DNA from: Eremomyces bilateralis CBS 781.70
Lineage: Eukaryota
Direction: 5' to 3' (one strand)
Assembly (NCBI GenBank): GCA_010015585.1
Contig: ML975151.1
DNA length: 64,000 nt
Below, in pieces: positions 1 to 12,043 of this stretch. Each line of letters opens with the position of its first letter. Positions within the stretch are counted from its first letter, which is position 1. Under the pieces are notes generated by a model. It saw only the letters and a list, made by a program, of their open reading frames with translations, was not told the origin of the DNA and searched no databases. Both the position numbers and the translations under genes were made by a program.

Positions 1-2467
1 CCACAGCTCAGGAGAAATCGGACCATGCCGACCGAACCGGCACCAGAAACCCAGTGCAAGGCAGTGCATCCTTCCTCGTTCTGTGCGTTCACGTCCGCCT
101 TTAGCCCGTTATTCCCTTGAAGAAGCATTTCGATGACGGCCGCATGTGAGGGCAGTTCCGCATCCTCGTCGACGGAGTCGGCCTTGTCCTCTCTGCGAGG
201 CGGGGAGCGTGCCCGGACTGGCAACGCGACTGTATCCTGCTTGGGGTCCACGCTCTCGTCTTCGAGTCTGGGGCCATCTTTCCCGCCATATTCATGCAGC
301 GTTTCCCCACGGAACGGATCCTGATTGTGGAAATGGGGCATGCCTGGGGACGATTCATGGCCGTCGACGACTGTGGCATCGTCCAGTTCTTTATCCTTGA
401 GCTCGTCGTAATGTATGTTCTCGATCTCCGCATGACCTCCCCATGACGCCCAGTGAAGGGCACTGCTACCACTCGCGTCCACTCCACTGGGATCGGCGCC
501 AACATCTAGCAGATTCTCCGCAAGCTCCACATGGCCGCCTTCCGCTGCCCCCGCGAGCGTCTCCGCCAGTCGCCGAAGGTGCTTCTGCTCTGCCTCGGGG
601 TCGTTTGCCGCCCTGTCCGCGTCTCGTGCCTCAGCCAGCATGGCCAGCACGCCATCCGAATTGCCGAGTTTCGCAGCGTGGCGCAACGTGTACGTCTCGA
701 CGAGGCTTTCGGCCGTGCCGCTGTTCCTCAGGAGGATCCGAGAGATGGTATCGTGGCCCTGTGACATGGCGTAGATCGCGACATCCCACCCATCATAGTC
801 TCTCGCGGATGCATTGGCGCCTTTCTTGAGCATGCGCAGGAAGAGCTTTTCATTCCCGGTCCATGCCGCTGCATGGAGGGCGGTGGTACCGGCAGCGTCC
901 CGCCCTTCGATGTTCGCGCCGTTAGAAAGCAGGAAAAGCACAGCATCCAGATGTCCGAAATAGACGGCGAAATGAATCGGAGGCGCTCCTATCCAATCCC
1001 ATCCTACGCCCGTTAGTTCATCAAGCTAATCGTAATATACAGGATTTACGAACCGGTTCTGTCGTGCCGAAACAGCTCATTCCCCGGAGACGGTTTCCAG
1101 TGCTCGTCTAAGTCAACGTCGTCATCCTCAGAGACAAGATCATCAAGGGTCGCGGTATCACCCGACGCAGCTGCACGATGTGTAGGCGGGAGCGCTTGGA
1201 GAAAAGCATCGAACTCAGGGTCAGTTGACGCCCACCGCGCGTCAATGGAGATTCGCCTAATAACCGGCCGCTGATAATGGACTCGCCGGAATGGGTGCAT
1301 GTATTCATCCGGAGGAAGAGTTGAACTCCGCCGTATAGAATTCTTCTTTGGATCCGAAGATTCGGGGTTCGATGACTTCCGATCGCGAGGGATACTACCC
1401 GCCGAACGAACCTTTGGTGGTGGCTTGGGTCGCTGGCGCAGATCTTTCCAGAAGTATCGCACACGGTCTTGGTTTTCGACTTTGTACCGCAGAGAGCAAT
1501 GTTTGCATTTCCGTTCGTCGGGATGCACTCCGGTCATCGTGTTCATAGACATGCACCGTGGGCATTGCTTCTCGTTATTCGACGGGGGGTGCTTCATGAG
1601 GAAGCTTAGTCCGATTCTCTTCCCGGGTTGGAACGTTTCGCTCCATCGGTCCAAGGGGACTAGCTCTCCGCCCCGGTCTTCATCCGACACGACGTATTTC
1701 CCACTCTCGACCTTCTCGTAACCCGGGCCGCCTTTATGCATGAGCAACAGAACATCTCTGAATACTTCAGGCGTCGCTGTCAGCATTAGAGGAAGGAAGT
1801 TCTGTCGTCCGAGGGCATCGTCCAAGATGATTGCCTCGGGTCCAAACCCAAACGCCATGTCTTGCGGTCCTCGCTCCCAAATCATCTCTAACTTGAACAA
1901 AGCCTCTTGCATTTGAAATTTGACATCATTGATCCCAACCTCGACTGTATCGAAGCCATTCGTTAGAAGTTTGCGGTTGTCGTCCATTGAACTGGTCATG
2001 GCCGTCAGATAGAACCGCCCAAGCAGTAATTGTAGCGCCTCGAGTTGTAAATTCAACGCCTTCTCAAAAAAAGCAATGTCCTCTTTTCGCGACAACCAAG
2101 TCAAGGATTTATATGCCGTCTTCGCCTTCCCAAATCCGTTCGTCCCCACCTCTTTCTGCTCAAACGCAGCCGTGTATGACTTGGTCTTATCCATGAAACC
2201 CTTTATACACTCCTCTATCTGGAGCCGCTGCGTAGTGACCTCCTGGGCGATCTCCTGCAACCTCTCAATATGCCGAACGTCCTTGTGCTCGCTGATGTGG
2301 AAATCCATGGTGACCGCTTCGGCCTGTAGCGCGGCATGGCTGAGGGCCTTGAGCGTCGCACTGAGCGTGGTGAATTCGCTTTTCGAGCCGCGAGCGGAAT
2401 TGAGCGCTTGTATACATTGGCCGGCGAGCTTCGCGCATGCGATGAAGTCGCCAATTTGGGGTAACAT
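1..2467 (-). CDS. Multidomain protein: fungal HeLo-like N-terminal helical domain + ubiquitin-like domain + CxxC-CxxC Zn ribbon + ankyrin repeats (3' end runs off the window)
   Basis: ORF 1046..2467 begins MLPQIGDFIACAKLA...YKSLTWL (GDFIA-type N-terminal domain). It then has IILDDALGRQNFLP...WSETFQPGKRIGLSF (ubiquitin-like) and CPRC...CKHC. An intron at 1004..1053 (GTTCGT...CTAAC...TAG) joins it to a stop-free frame running to base 1. That frame encodes ankyrin repeats: PPIHFAVYFGHLDAVLFLLSNGANIE, GTTALHAAAWTG, GSSALHWASWGGH, KADVNAQNEEGCTALHW. Confidence 0.85.
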
Positions 2468-4334
2468 GGCTATAAAGCCGTCCTCCGGTTCTCGGGAGGC
2501 ATAAGACTAGGACGTGATCGTGGGGCTCGGGCGCATAAACACAACAACGCTGTTCCGGTCGCCTGTGAATTCAGGGCACCGAGAGCCGAGGATGGATGAG
2601 TAGAGGTCATAAAATATACTACATCTCAGGATATGTTCATGATCAGACCAAAAAGTCGTCGCAGTTCTCTAGGTATCGCACCCGTCGAACCCTGGACGGT
2701 CTAGACGTGCTGATCGCGAGTCGGACGGGTCTGGCCTTTAGAGACCGATGGGCCTCGCCATATTGGGGCTCTAGCGGCACACTAAAGGGGTTCGTGACAC
2801 CCTGGCCATTGAATCCCGAGCGCATCCTGACAGAGAAGCGAAGGGTAAGCGATGCTTGTCCTTGAGATGGGAAACCGAAGATTTTCACGGTGCGAGGAAA
2901 CAGAAATGGATGCGTCTCAAACATCGGCATTGGGCGGTCCATGACCTTGATATGTAAGTCGTGGTCCACAGCTCCACAGCCCACATAATTCTGTCGCCGC
3001 GTCTGATTGGTCCGACTTGGTCTGCGATGCACCAACTTGGCAAAGATATAGCGGATCAAGTTAGGGGTTACGATCTGTCATCTTTAGCGTACGATTAAAT
3101 CTTAGTGACACGGTCTAATGAATGATCGATAATCGATGAGGAATGTATGTCGATAACATCAATGACGAGGACCCTCAGAGCATGGAATATTGAGGGTAGA
3201 GTTAAAAGGACCGGATAGACCAATAGAAGCGTGAAGCACGTCTAAATCTGTCGTCTTGCTCCTCTTACCAACCACTGGTTGCAGTTCAAATATACCTTTC
3301 ACAATGTTCTCTAAATGGACAGCGCACTGCATGATCGCCATCTCCTTACTTATGCTCTATTCTCTGTCCTATCAGGTTCAGACCTATCGCAAAGACGGAA
3401 GAGTCAATCTGCTCCCCGGGATACCCTTCGGAAAATGGAATACGGCGAATGACGGCGCTGGCAATCCGAAATCGAATCCGATTGCTATTGCGCACAGCCA
3501 ATCGAAAGGGTTGTCAATCGACGAGGCAGGCAGTTAGCCTGAAGGAGAGAGCCTTGCTACATCCACATCTTGCTAGGAGATGAAGCAATCAACCAGCAGG
3601 TTGAAGAAACAGTTCGAGACGGGTCGTTAGAGACTCTTGGTATGTACCATTGCGACAAGCATAAGAAAGAGAGACTATTCATTACCAGATGGCCCTAATG
3701 ATAGACATTGAATCTGAGAGTTTGGTACTCGACGCGCTGGTTCAATGATTCGAAGGGTATCGGGTCCGTATTGGCGCTATTTTGGAAGATTAACTAATTA
3801 CTGCAAAAACTCGAGCTCCAATCCAAGACAAGATTACGTCTGTATTCCATAGGAATAATTCATAATAGTTATTGCCAAAAACCAATAAAAACCAATAAAA
3901 ATCAAACCTGATGGAAGGTGAGACTTGGGAGCATCCAATTCGAAGAACAATTGAGCAGTGAGGTGGCATGTGAACTGTGGCGTAAAACTTGGTATTCAGC
4001 CACATGATGACCAAGTGTAGCGCAACACATCAAAGCTGCAGGTGATGATAACCAGTCAGGCAGTGTGTTCACGTTGCCATTCTTTGTTTCACTGTTTGTA
4101 CACCAGGTCATTTCTTGTGACACCTAATCCGTGACCTTTACAGTGTCTAGAATCACTGTGGAGTGCTTGGCCATCCACGTTGAACTCAACCCGCTTCCAA
4201 CTTCAAGTACTTAAGCTTCGAACACTCCCCTTTTACCTATCTCCAACGCCCGCACTTCAACTCAACCACTTCACAGAGTCAAGCACTTATCGACAGCAAC
4301 TGAATCACATCTTCGAATCCGAACGCAAGAGATC

Positions 4335-4524
4335 ATGGGATTCATGTGGACGAAGCACTGGGGAGGCAGGAGAGCCGGTACGTGTCATCTCCCTATTCCA
4401 TATGTGATCCCCAGTCGCGATCGATCCTAACCAACTTGCAGGTGGCGGCGTCATAGTCGACAAGAACGGCGTCCGACGAGCCCCGTTCCGATTTTCCTTC
4501 GGACGGTTCAGCTGTTTCCGCTAG
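4335..4524 (+). CDS. Putative 41-aa microprotein (MGFMWTKHWGGRRAGGGVIVDKNGVRRAPFRFSFGRFSCFR), two exons
   Basis: ATG at 4335 in an ATCATGG context. Canonical 64-nt intron at 4378..4441 (GTACGT, CTAAC at 4427, TTGCAG). TAG at 4522-4524. A CT-rich leader lies upstream. Confidence 0.7.
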
Positions 4525-4852
4525 GCGAATGGATCCATGATAAAGCCGAGAAGTGGGGGTTGCCGCACCTCGAAGTCACGACCATCACGACATCGCAACG
4601 AGCGTTTCCTCTTCGTATCGATATCCAGCCAGCGAGCGATCTGAGCGAGGGGCTGTCTGCAGCTAGGGAATGAATTTGCATGGCGTTTCATGGCGATGTG
4701 GAATCGCTGCAGGCTCGAACATAGCGCGTCGATTCTAGTCTAAACCTATCGAGATACCTTATCATTATGCGAGCCTCTTGACCTCGCAAGTCTATCCGTG
4801 TGATGTACATGGTGATTGAGGTGCATGAACTCGTTTATCGCAGACCGTACTG

Positions 4853-6150
4853 CTACCTACGGGCTATGATGATCTTCTCCAGGATCTTTTGAGCGCCCTG
4901 ATCCCGCAACGTCCCCGCGATGGCCGACCCCAACGCCTCTGCCTCCTCCACCGTCTCCACCTGCGCTGTCTCCTCCGTCTCCACCGCCTCCGTCCCATCC
5001 ACGCTGACCACCGATGCCCGCACATGGAGCGTCCCCTCCGCCACCCACCTCGTCTCTACGCCGATCGGCACCGAGCATCCGCCTTCTAGCGTCCGCAACA
5101 GCGCCCGCTCCACCGTGCATGCCAGCGTTGTTTGCTTGCATGCTATTGCCTCGAGGAGCTTCAGAATCCGAGCATCCCCTGCTCGAGCTTCGATGCCAAT
5201 GGCGCCTTGGCCTACGGCGTGGAGCATGCCACCGTTGGAGTGGGATAGGCGGGAGGTGATGCGGTCGGAGAGCGAGAGCCGGTCAAGGCCAGCGGTGGCG
5301 ATGATGATGGCGGAGAAAGGAGGATGGGCTTTCGTACCGGCGGATTCGGTGGTATCTTCAGTGCCTGCCGCCGGTGCGGTCGCTCCTGGGATGTCGATCA
5401 CCGACTCATCGAGTTTCCGTAGTCGTGTGGGCACGTTGCCGCGGAGGGGTTCAAATTGTAGATGTACATGCGCTCGGAGAAGTTGCGCGGAGCGCCGTAA
5501 TGAAGATGTGCCCACTATTGACCCTTTGGGCAGGTCGGACAAGGAAGGCTGCTGGACACCAGTGGCATGGAGGTGTTTGAGCAATTCCGGATGAACGACC
5601 AAGGCGTCTCGGGCATCCGCTCTTTTTAGGATGGCGGCGAGTGTGAACTGGGGTGGAAGGGTCGTGGGTATATCTGGTTATCAGTCAGCCGGGCTTCAAC
5701 CGTATTTCAGGGACGGATGGGAAACCCGATTCCCTTCGTTGAACTTTGGATCCACTCACCTTTAAGACTATGGACCACAAAGTCCACCTCTCCTTTCTCA
5801 AGCAGCTCCTCCAGCTCCTCCGTCCATAGGCCTTTCGCGTCACTCTGCGACGGCTTCGGCGCTCCTGCTACTTGGCTGCTGACCGCTTCATTGCTCGACG
5901 CTGTGAAGTCCCATAGCGGCGTGACCTTATCCCGATCCCCCAATGGATCTAGGCCTTTGACGCCTATTCGTCCCCGATATTCGGGATATGCGTCCTCCAC
6001 GGCTCGGATAGCAAGGTCGGTTTGAATGCGCGCCAGCAATGACTTTCGGGTGCCCACCACGGCGAGCGGGTCCGCCAACGGCACCGGGGAGGGAGGGCCG
6101 GTCGTCTTGTCTGCCGAGCTGGTGGTTATCTGCTCTGGTTTGGATGCCAT
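4853..6150 (-). CDS. HEM3: Porphobilinogen deaminase (hydroxymethylbilane synthase)
   Basis: Motifs VGTRKSLLARIQT, GLWTEELE, VHSLKD (across intron 5674..5759), GTSSLRRSAQL, RGNVPTRLRKLD, AVGQGAIGIE and the cofactor-Cys motif LEGGCSVPIG. Confidence 0.97.
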
Positions 6151-6613
6151 TGTTGCGTTCTCGAAATATGAGTATGTCTTTTGCCTTCGAGGTCTCAAGA
6201 ACGAGGAATATACAGGCTGATACGACACCACATGCAAGTTGATATTCGGCCCGAGTACTACTTTTTAGCCGAATCGAATGGAAATGAATGTTCCGTTAGA
6301 TATGGCGGCCGAAAGGTAAATGCTGTCAACGAAGGAGACCGTCGTAATTCGCGTGGATATTCACAATAGTGATAAGTGGCGGTCGAATGTGTGGGCCAAA
6401 CGCTTCGTAGGAAAGATTTCAATTGAAGTGAAGTTCTGACAAGCCCCTCAATATTTCCGCGAGTCAGTAGGCGGTTTCTCCTACACACAGTCTCCCGGAT
6501 CATGACTCGGTATATAAATTTCACCTCCACCACCACCATTTCTCCCACCAAGTCCCAGCATCCATCTACAACTACAACGTCGCTTCACAAGCCTTTCCAA
6601 ACCGACCGATCCA

Positions 6614-8414
6614 ATGGCGCCGCCAGTGCGCCCTCCCGAACGCCGACCTGTCGCACCCCCCCGATTCCGCGGACGACGTAGCGCCGAAGAACGAGCCGCC
6701 CTCGCCCAAGCGGAGCAGGCCCGGTTCGGCGAACCTGGAGAGTCGTCCGGTGCAGCGCGCGGTGGAAATCGGGCGGTCGGTCGAGGGAATGGACCCGCTG
6801 GACGTGGAAGAGGTCGGGGTGGTTTTCCTGGGCGGCCGGGGGCGATGCCCAGTGGACCGTTCTCTGCAGGAGTTGCGCCAGATGGTAAGCGTTGTCTGAT
6901 ATGTAGGATGGACAATACTGAAGAGTCCGGTAGATCCGAATAAGGTTGCGAAGACCGAGTCTGATCCGACACGCTCTCAGGAGACGACTCTACTTGCGGC
7001 GCCGTCATCATCGTTCTCACAAGGCGGCAGGGCGGTGCGGGGTGGGAGAAGAGGCTCAGGGACCGCTGGGCGACCGCGAATCAAGCAGGACCCGGGAGAC
7101 AAGGACGTCAAGGCTGAGCCTACAGATGGAGATGGGATCAAGTCCGAATTTCCCGAGGAAGTCGGCTACATATCGTCAGACAATGAATTGGAGTCGCAAG
7201 GTCCGCGGAAGGATGTGGACACCATCAATCTCGTTAGCGACGACGAAGAGGAAGAGGATGGGAACGGTCCGCCGAGGCGGCGTAAACACCGTTATGAATC
7301 GTCCATCGAACCCGTGCGACCACATCGTGTCCTACACCGAGACCGAGTGGCGGGCATCAACACCGATGCCAGCTCTGCTACCGCCGGCGAGCTCCGTCGC
7401 CAAGCTGAGGAACGAGGCGGTTTGGACAAGGTGTCAGTAGAAGACGTCGTATCGTCCATCGCAAACAAGGAGCCAACTCGCAACAAAGATGTGGATGTTC
7501 TCAGCAGCGGGCGCCGCTGGAAAGGCGTCTACGAAGAAAGCGACGATGAAGACCGCATGCCCGAGATCAAACCCGACCCCGGCGCCTCGCCCAAACGTGC
7601 CCGCGGCAAAGCCCCCGTCATCGACCTCGACGCCCCTCCCGACGCCCCTCCCGACGCCCCCCATCTCTCGCCCCAGCCCGCCCCGAAAAAAGCCTCCAAG
7701 CTCCAAAAGCCCATCCTCCAAACCGACGAAGAGCGCGCGGAGTGGGACCGCCACCTCTCCGCGCTCGATTCCCTCCGCCTCGAACTCGGCCCCGCCGCCA
7801 CGAAGCGCGCACAGCTCGACTCCGACGGCGACATCGCCATGGCCGACAACGCACTCGACGACCCCGCCCTCCCCGACCGTCTTTACCTCTTCCAACTCCC
7901 TCCGGTCATCCCCGACCTGCTCCCGACCGTCGATGCCGACGCGCCCGCTCCCGCTGAGCCGGACGCCACCGACCCCATCAACGCAGCGCGTAACCCCGCT
8001 CAGGGGGGCGCCCCCGCCGGCAACAAGGCGATTTCCCTCGCGGCGCTGAAGACCGAGGACGCCGGCTCGAAGAAGGTGCTGCCCACGGCGCCGCAGCTGT
8101 CGGAAGGATATGCGGGCAAGCTGCGGGTGCACGCGTCGGGTCGGACGTCGGTGGACTGGGGGGGAACGCCGTTCGAGTTGCAGATGGGGGTGGATGCGGG
8201 GTTTCTGCAGGATTGCGTTCTGGTGCGGATGCCGGAGAAGGTGGGGGTGAAGAAGGAGGCGGGGGAAGGGGAGGGGGAAGGGGAGGGGGAAGAGAGGACG
8301 ACGGGGAAGGGGAAGGAAGGGGGAGCGAAGGAGGCGTTTATGTTTGGACAGATTCGGGGGAAGTTGGTCATGGTGCCGGATTGGGAGGCGATTTTGGGGA
8401 GTGGGGCGGGGTGA
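6614..8414 (+). CDS. RPC53: RNA polymerase III subunit RPC4/C53
   Basis: Intron 6885..6933 joins the frames. C-terminal Rpc4 domain: LYLFQLP, GYAGKLRVHASGRTSVDWGG...FLQD...FGQIRGKLVMVPDWEAIL. Confidence 0.9.
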
Positions 8415-8681
8415 TGGTCGGGGCTGGCTGGTCGACGATTCGAGGATTGTGGGACTCATGTACGATATCGGTTCAGGGAGCTATATACCCTGGTGCATCC
8501 TTCAAATGGATGCCTACTCTGGTGCAATGCCATGCTCCTTAATGGCAATAAATACAGACGCCTGGGCTATGCGGTGAAAACAACCACCAAATCGAACGTA
8601 TAGTCGACAGCGTTCCTGACTCCATGAATGTATCCCATCTGCTCACCGCCCGGAGAAACTTCTCTCCCACCTAGAATGCAC

Positions 8682-11600
8682 TTAGAACCCTTCCATCCGC
8701 CTCTTACTCCTCCTAGTCATCCTCGGCGTCTCATCAACCCCTTTTTTCTCAACCTCTACCACCTTCTCCCCCCCACCCTCCTTCCCCCCTTTCCCCCTCT
8801 TCTTCTTCTCCCCCCGCGGCGGCCCACCCCCTCCCCCCTCCTCCTCTTCTCCCTTCCCCGTCATCCGCCGCAAAATCATCTCCCGCGACCGCTGCTGTTC
8901 CGGATCCTCATACACTAGATGCTGCGACGGGAAGAACCCTGTCGCTGAGCTGTCGAGCGAGGACTTCGACGCCGGCAGCTTCGGCGCGAGGAAGTCGGGG
9001 CTCGGTGGGTCTTCGTCAGCTTCCCCGCGGAGTGATCGCGCGTCGTCCTCGTTCGGCGCATTGGCGCTGTCCCGTCCGGACGTCCGCTTCGTCTGCGTGA
9101 GTCGCCCGAGCAGACCGCTCGCGCCCGAGGCCGACACGGGCGCTTCGCTCCCCTGGCGCGAATTGGCGAGGGAGGAATGGCTCGAGACTGCGCGCCCAAG
9201 GGGACTGCGCTTCCGCTTTCCGCCAGGGACGGCATGGGATCTCGTGGCTTCGACGTCGCCGGGTTTCAATTTGTCGGTACGGGAATTCTGGCGGTTGGAG
9301 AGGAGCTCGATGGAGGTGGCTAGGGCGTTTAAGGGGGGGGATGAGGGGCGGGGATGGGTGGGGTTTGTCGGGGGTCCAGGGGACCGCAGACTAAGCCGCA
9401 GAGACCTCTTTTGGGCAGGGTGGGAGGGTGGGGCGGTGGTTTCGTCCGTCACATCCATCGGGGGCGGGGCGGAGAATTCTTCGAGCAGCTCGTTCGGGTC
9501 TAATTCCATGCCGGAGCGAGAATCCGGCCGCGGGGCTACCGGTTTCCTGGCGTCACGTGCCTCTGGTTGCAGGGCGGCGTTGGAGTTTCCATTCGGTTCT
9601 TGTAGCGGATGAGGGTCCCCTTCGTGTCGAGTGGTCGTGGTTGGCGTCCTGGTTTTGCGAGTTGCGTCGTCGACCTCTTTATCGGGGTGGATGGACAATG
9701 GGGCGGAAGGATCTCTTGAGGTTGGGCGACTTGCCTCTGTTCCGGGTTTAGTCGCAGGGGTAGATTTGACCGGTGGTTTCTCTCCTAGACTTGGGTATAA
9801 AGTAGACAACGCATTGGTAGGTACCCATTCGACATCCGCAGTCGTCCGCCGATTCGCTTTCGATAGATCATCATCCTCATCGCTGCCGGCCGCCCGTTTC
9901 CCTTTCTCGGCCACTTCGTAGATCAAATACTTCCGCGGATCAGGAGCGTTGTAGTGGGTCAAGCAGTCGTACAACCACTCCACATCAACCACCGGAATGT
10001 GCTCGCGCATAGCGAAATCGATTTTGCGCGACTGCGTCAGCTGGGTGCCGGCGCTTCTCCGCGCATCGGCCTCCGGGGCGGCGGAAACCAGGATGTCGAC
10101 GTCTTTGGTCAGATTTTCCACGAACACGGCGCCCATTAATTTGAGGACGCGACTGACATGGAGTAAGTCGATATCGTGGATGCCGGTGGTGCAGATGCGC
10201 AGATCCTTCCAGCCGTGGACCACGCCGGCTCCGAGTTGTTTGAAGGGCTGGAGCATGACCGTGGATTTCCATGTCGGATTGGTCGCGGGTCGTTCTTCGG
10301 GTATCTCCATGAGCGTTTTAGAATGTAGGCATTGTTCTACCCATTGATCTGTGACAATGGACATGTGCGATACGGGGTTATGGTAAGCATGAGGGAGGTT
10401 GAGATCGGAGAGGGAGGTTGAGAGTATCGACGCCTCCGTGGAGAATGGATGTTCATGGGGTAGAACCAGAAAGCCTGAAGAGAGTGTTGTTGTTGGGACC
10501 GAGGTCAGATCGGTGAGACTAAGGACATTTGCGTCGTTTGACTCAAGGAATTGGCGAAGGACCCCTTCCTATGGTAAGACGTCAGCAAAGCGCAAATGAG
10601 ACCTAAGGGGTGCATCCAACTCACCTTCTTGCGCTCGAAAGCCCATATAAACACCGCTCTGCGTCGGAATATGCCTTGCGCTTTCGGCTTCGACGCTCGA
10701 GGTCCCGAGCGGGAGGAGACATCCGCCTCCAGGGTTGGTTCTGCGGTGAACTGAAGCTCCTCATTCACTTCGGACTGGTCTAGCTGTGGGCTCCCATCTG
10801 GAGTCACTCCCTTTTCCGGCTCGTCAACATCCCACTCGCCCTGCTTCCCTACTTCGGGCCCCCGGGAGGTGATTTCCGCCCACATCTCCCCGCTGCCCTC
10901 TAACCGCTTGCTCGTGGTCCTCCTGATTTTCCGCCGCTTTTTTCCGGCGGTGTCTTCGTCCGAGTCCCGCCCTAGATGCGAAACCGCCACGGTATTTCCC
11001 AACTCGATCTGCGGCGGCGAGGGCAGAGGGGCGGCGACGGTAGCACCCACACCTCTCTGTTCAGGTGGAGTCCGTGGATCGTAGAGATTCTCCTCCAGTA
11101 TCAACCCCCGCTGCAGACTGTCCTGAAGCCATTCCAGCGCCACCACTTTGATCCCCCACTGCATCGCAAACTCATATTTCTTCCCCTGTGGCTCCTTTGC
11201 GATCAGATGCGTGACCTCTCTCGTCAAGTCCCCGGAATACAACGCGCCATTGTCCCGAATCGCTCGATTTATCGTCTGTCGCACCTGCAGGTCTTCGAAC
11301 CCGGTGACCGAGATCCGCAGTCCGTGGAAGACGGGCACGCGATGCTCCCGCTCGAGTTGGGCGACCCACTCGGCGACTTTGGACGGGGCCTGCTCGTCCC
11401 CCTCGCGCCAATGGTCGCGGCAGGCGAGGATGAAGGAGGAGAGCAGGACTTTGACGTCGGGGCGCTCGCGGGCGACGTACTTGTACTTGGGGGTGTCGGT
11501 GTTTCCCACTATGAGGTGGGTCACGTCATTGCGGAGGTCGTAATGGTGTAGAGCGCCGAGCTGTTCGGCGATCTGAGCAATTTCGGACTGGGAGTTGGTC

Positions 11601-11776
11601 AGTTGTGTCGTTGCCAACAGGCTGATGTATGGGGAGCATTTACTCGTAACTCGGAAGCGATTGAAGTGCAGCATATCACTGCTCCTCTCAGTGGAGCTTC
11701 GGACTGTTTATGCTGTTAGACTGATTGTATACGATGCGGACTTCAACGCCTGTAACGTACCGTCATTCTGCACCAT
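8682..11776 (-). CDS. DPB11: Multi-BRCT replication/checkpoint scaffold (Dpb11/Cut5/Rad4/TopBP1 family)
   Basis: BRCT repeats PLRGAVICCTSI...VTHLIVG, FHGLRISVTGF...WLQDSLQRG, IVTDQWVEQCL and LRICTTGI...VDVEWLYDC. Three introns, near 11704-11760, 11588-11643 and 10570-10625. The start is ATG 11766 or ATG 11776, depending on which acceptor is used. Confidence 0.9.
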
Positions 11777-11953
11777 TGTCTCGGTGTGTCAATGTGGAGA
11801 AATTGACTGATGTCGAGGAAGAAATGGAGGGAAATTTCTGAGGGAAGGAATCTCAGCTACAAGGACAACAACATCGTACTATACAGTCACTTGGTATTTG
11901 TCTTGTTTAGAACTAACCCATTCAATCTTTGCAATTCCAATCATGCATCGTGA

Positions 11954-12043
11954 ACGCGCTGACGCGCTTCTCCTCACTTGCGGTCGTGATAATGTGGGGC
12001 TTAGCTCGATTTCACGTGATAACCCAATTGTTATTCACGTGAT
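11954..12043. promoter_or_regulatory. Promoter motifs upstream of the BRCT gene: two ACGCG (MCB-core) elements and two identical TTCACGTGAT E-boxes
   Basis: ACGCGC occurs twice in about 11954-11967. TTCACGTGAT occurs at 12011 and 12034. MCB cores are typical of G1/S-regulated replication genes in fungi. Confidence 0.5.

Noticed and set aside
101..829. Short ORFs listed over the window start
   Set aside because: They are shadows of the ankyrin-coding minus-strand frame, which the track omits because it has no stop inside the window.
3376..3712. Possible small gene or relic on + (intron-like GTATGT...CCAG near 3640-3688)
   Set aside because: The frames are short and broken, with no start codon or homology that I can support.
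7434..8459. 341-aa antisense ORF over RPC53, and similar shadow ORFs over HEM3, PUS4 and the septin-like gene
   Set aside because: Expected by-products of GC-rich codon bias. They are low complexity with no recognisable motifs.
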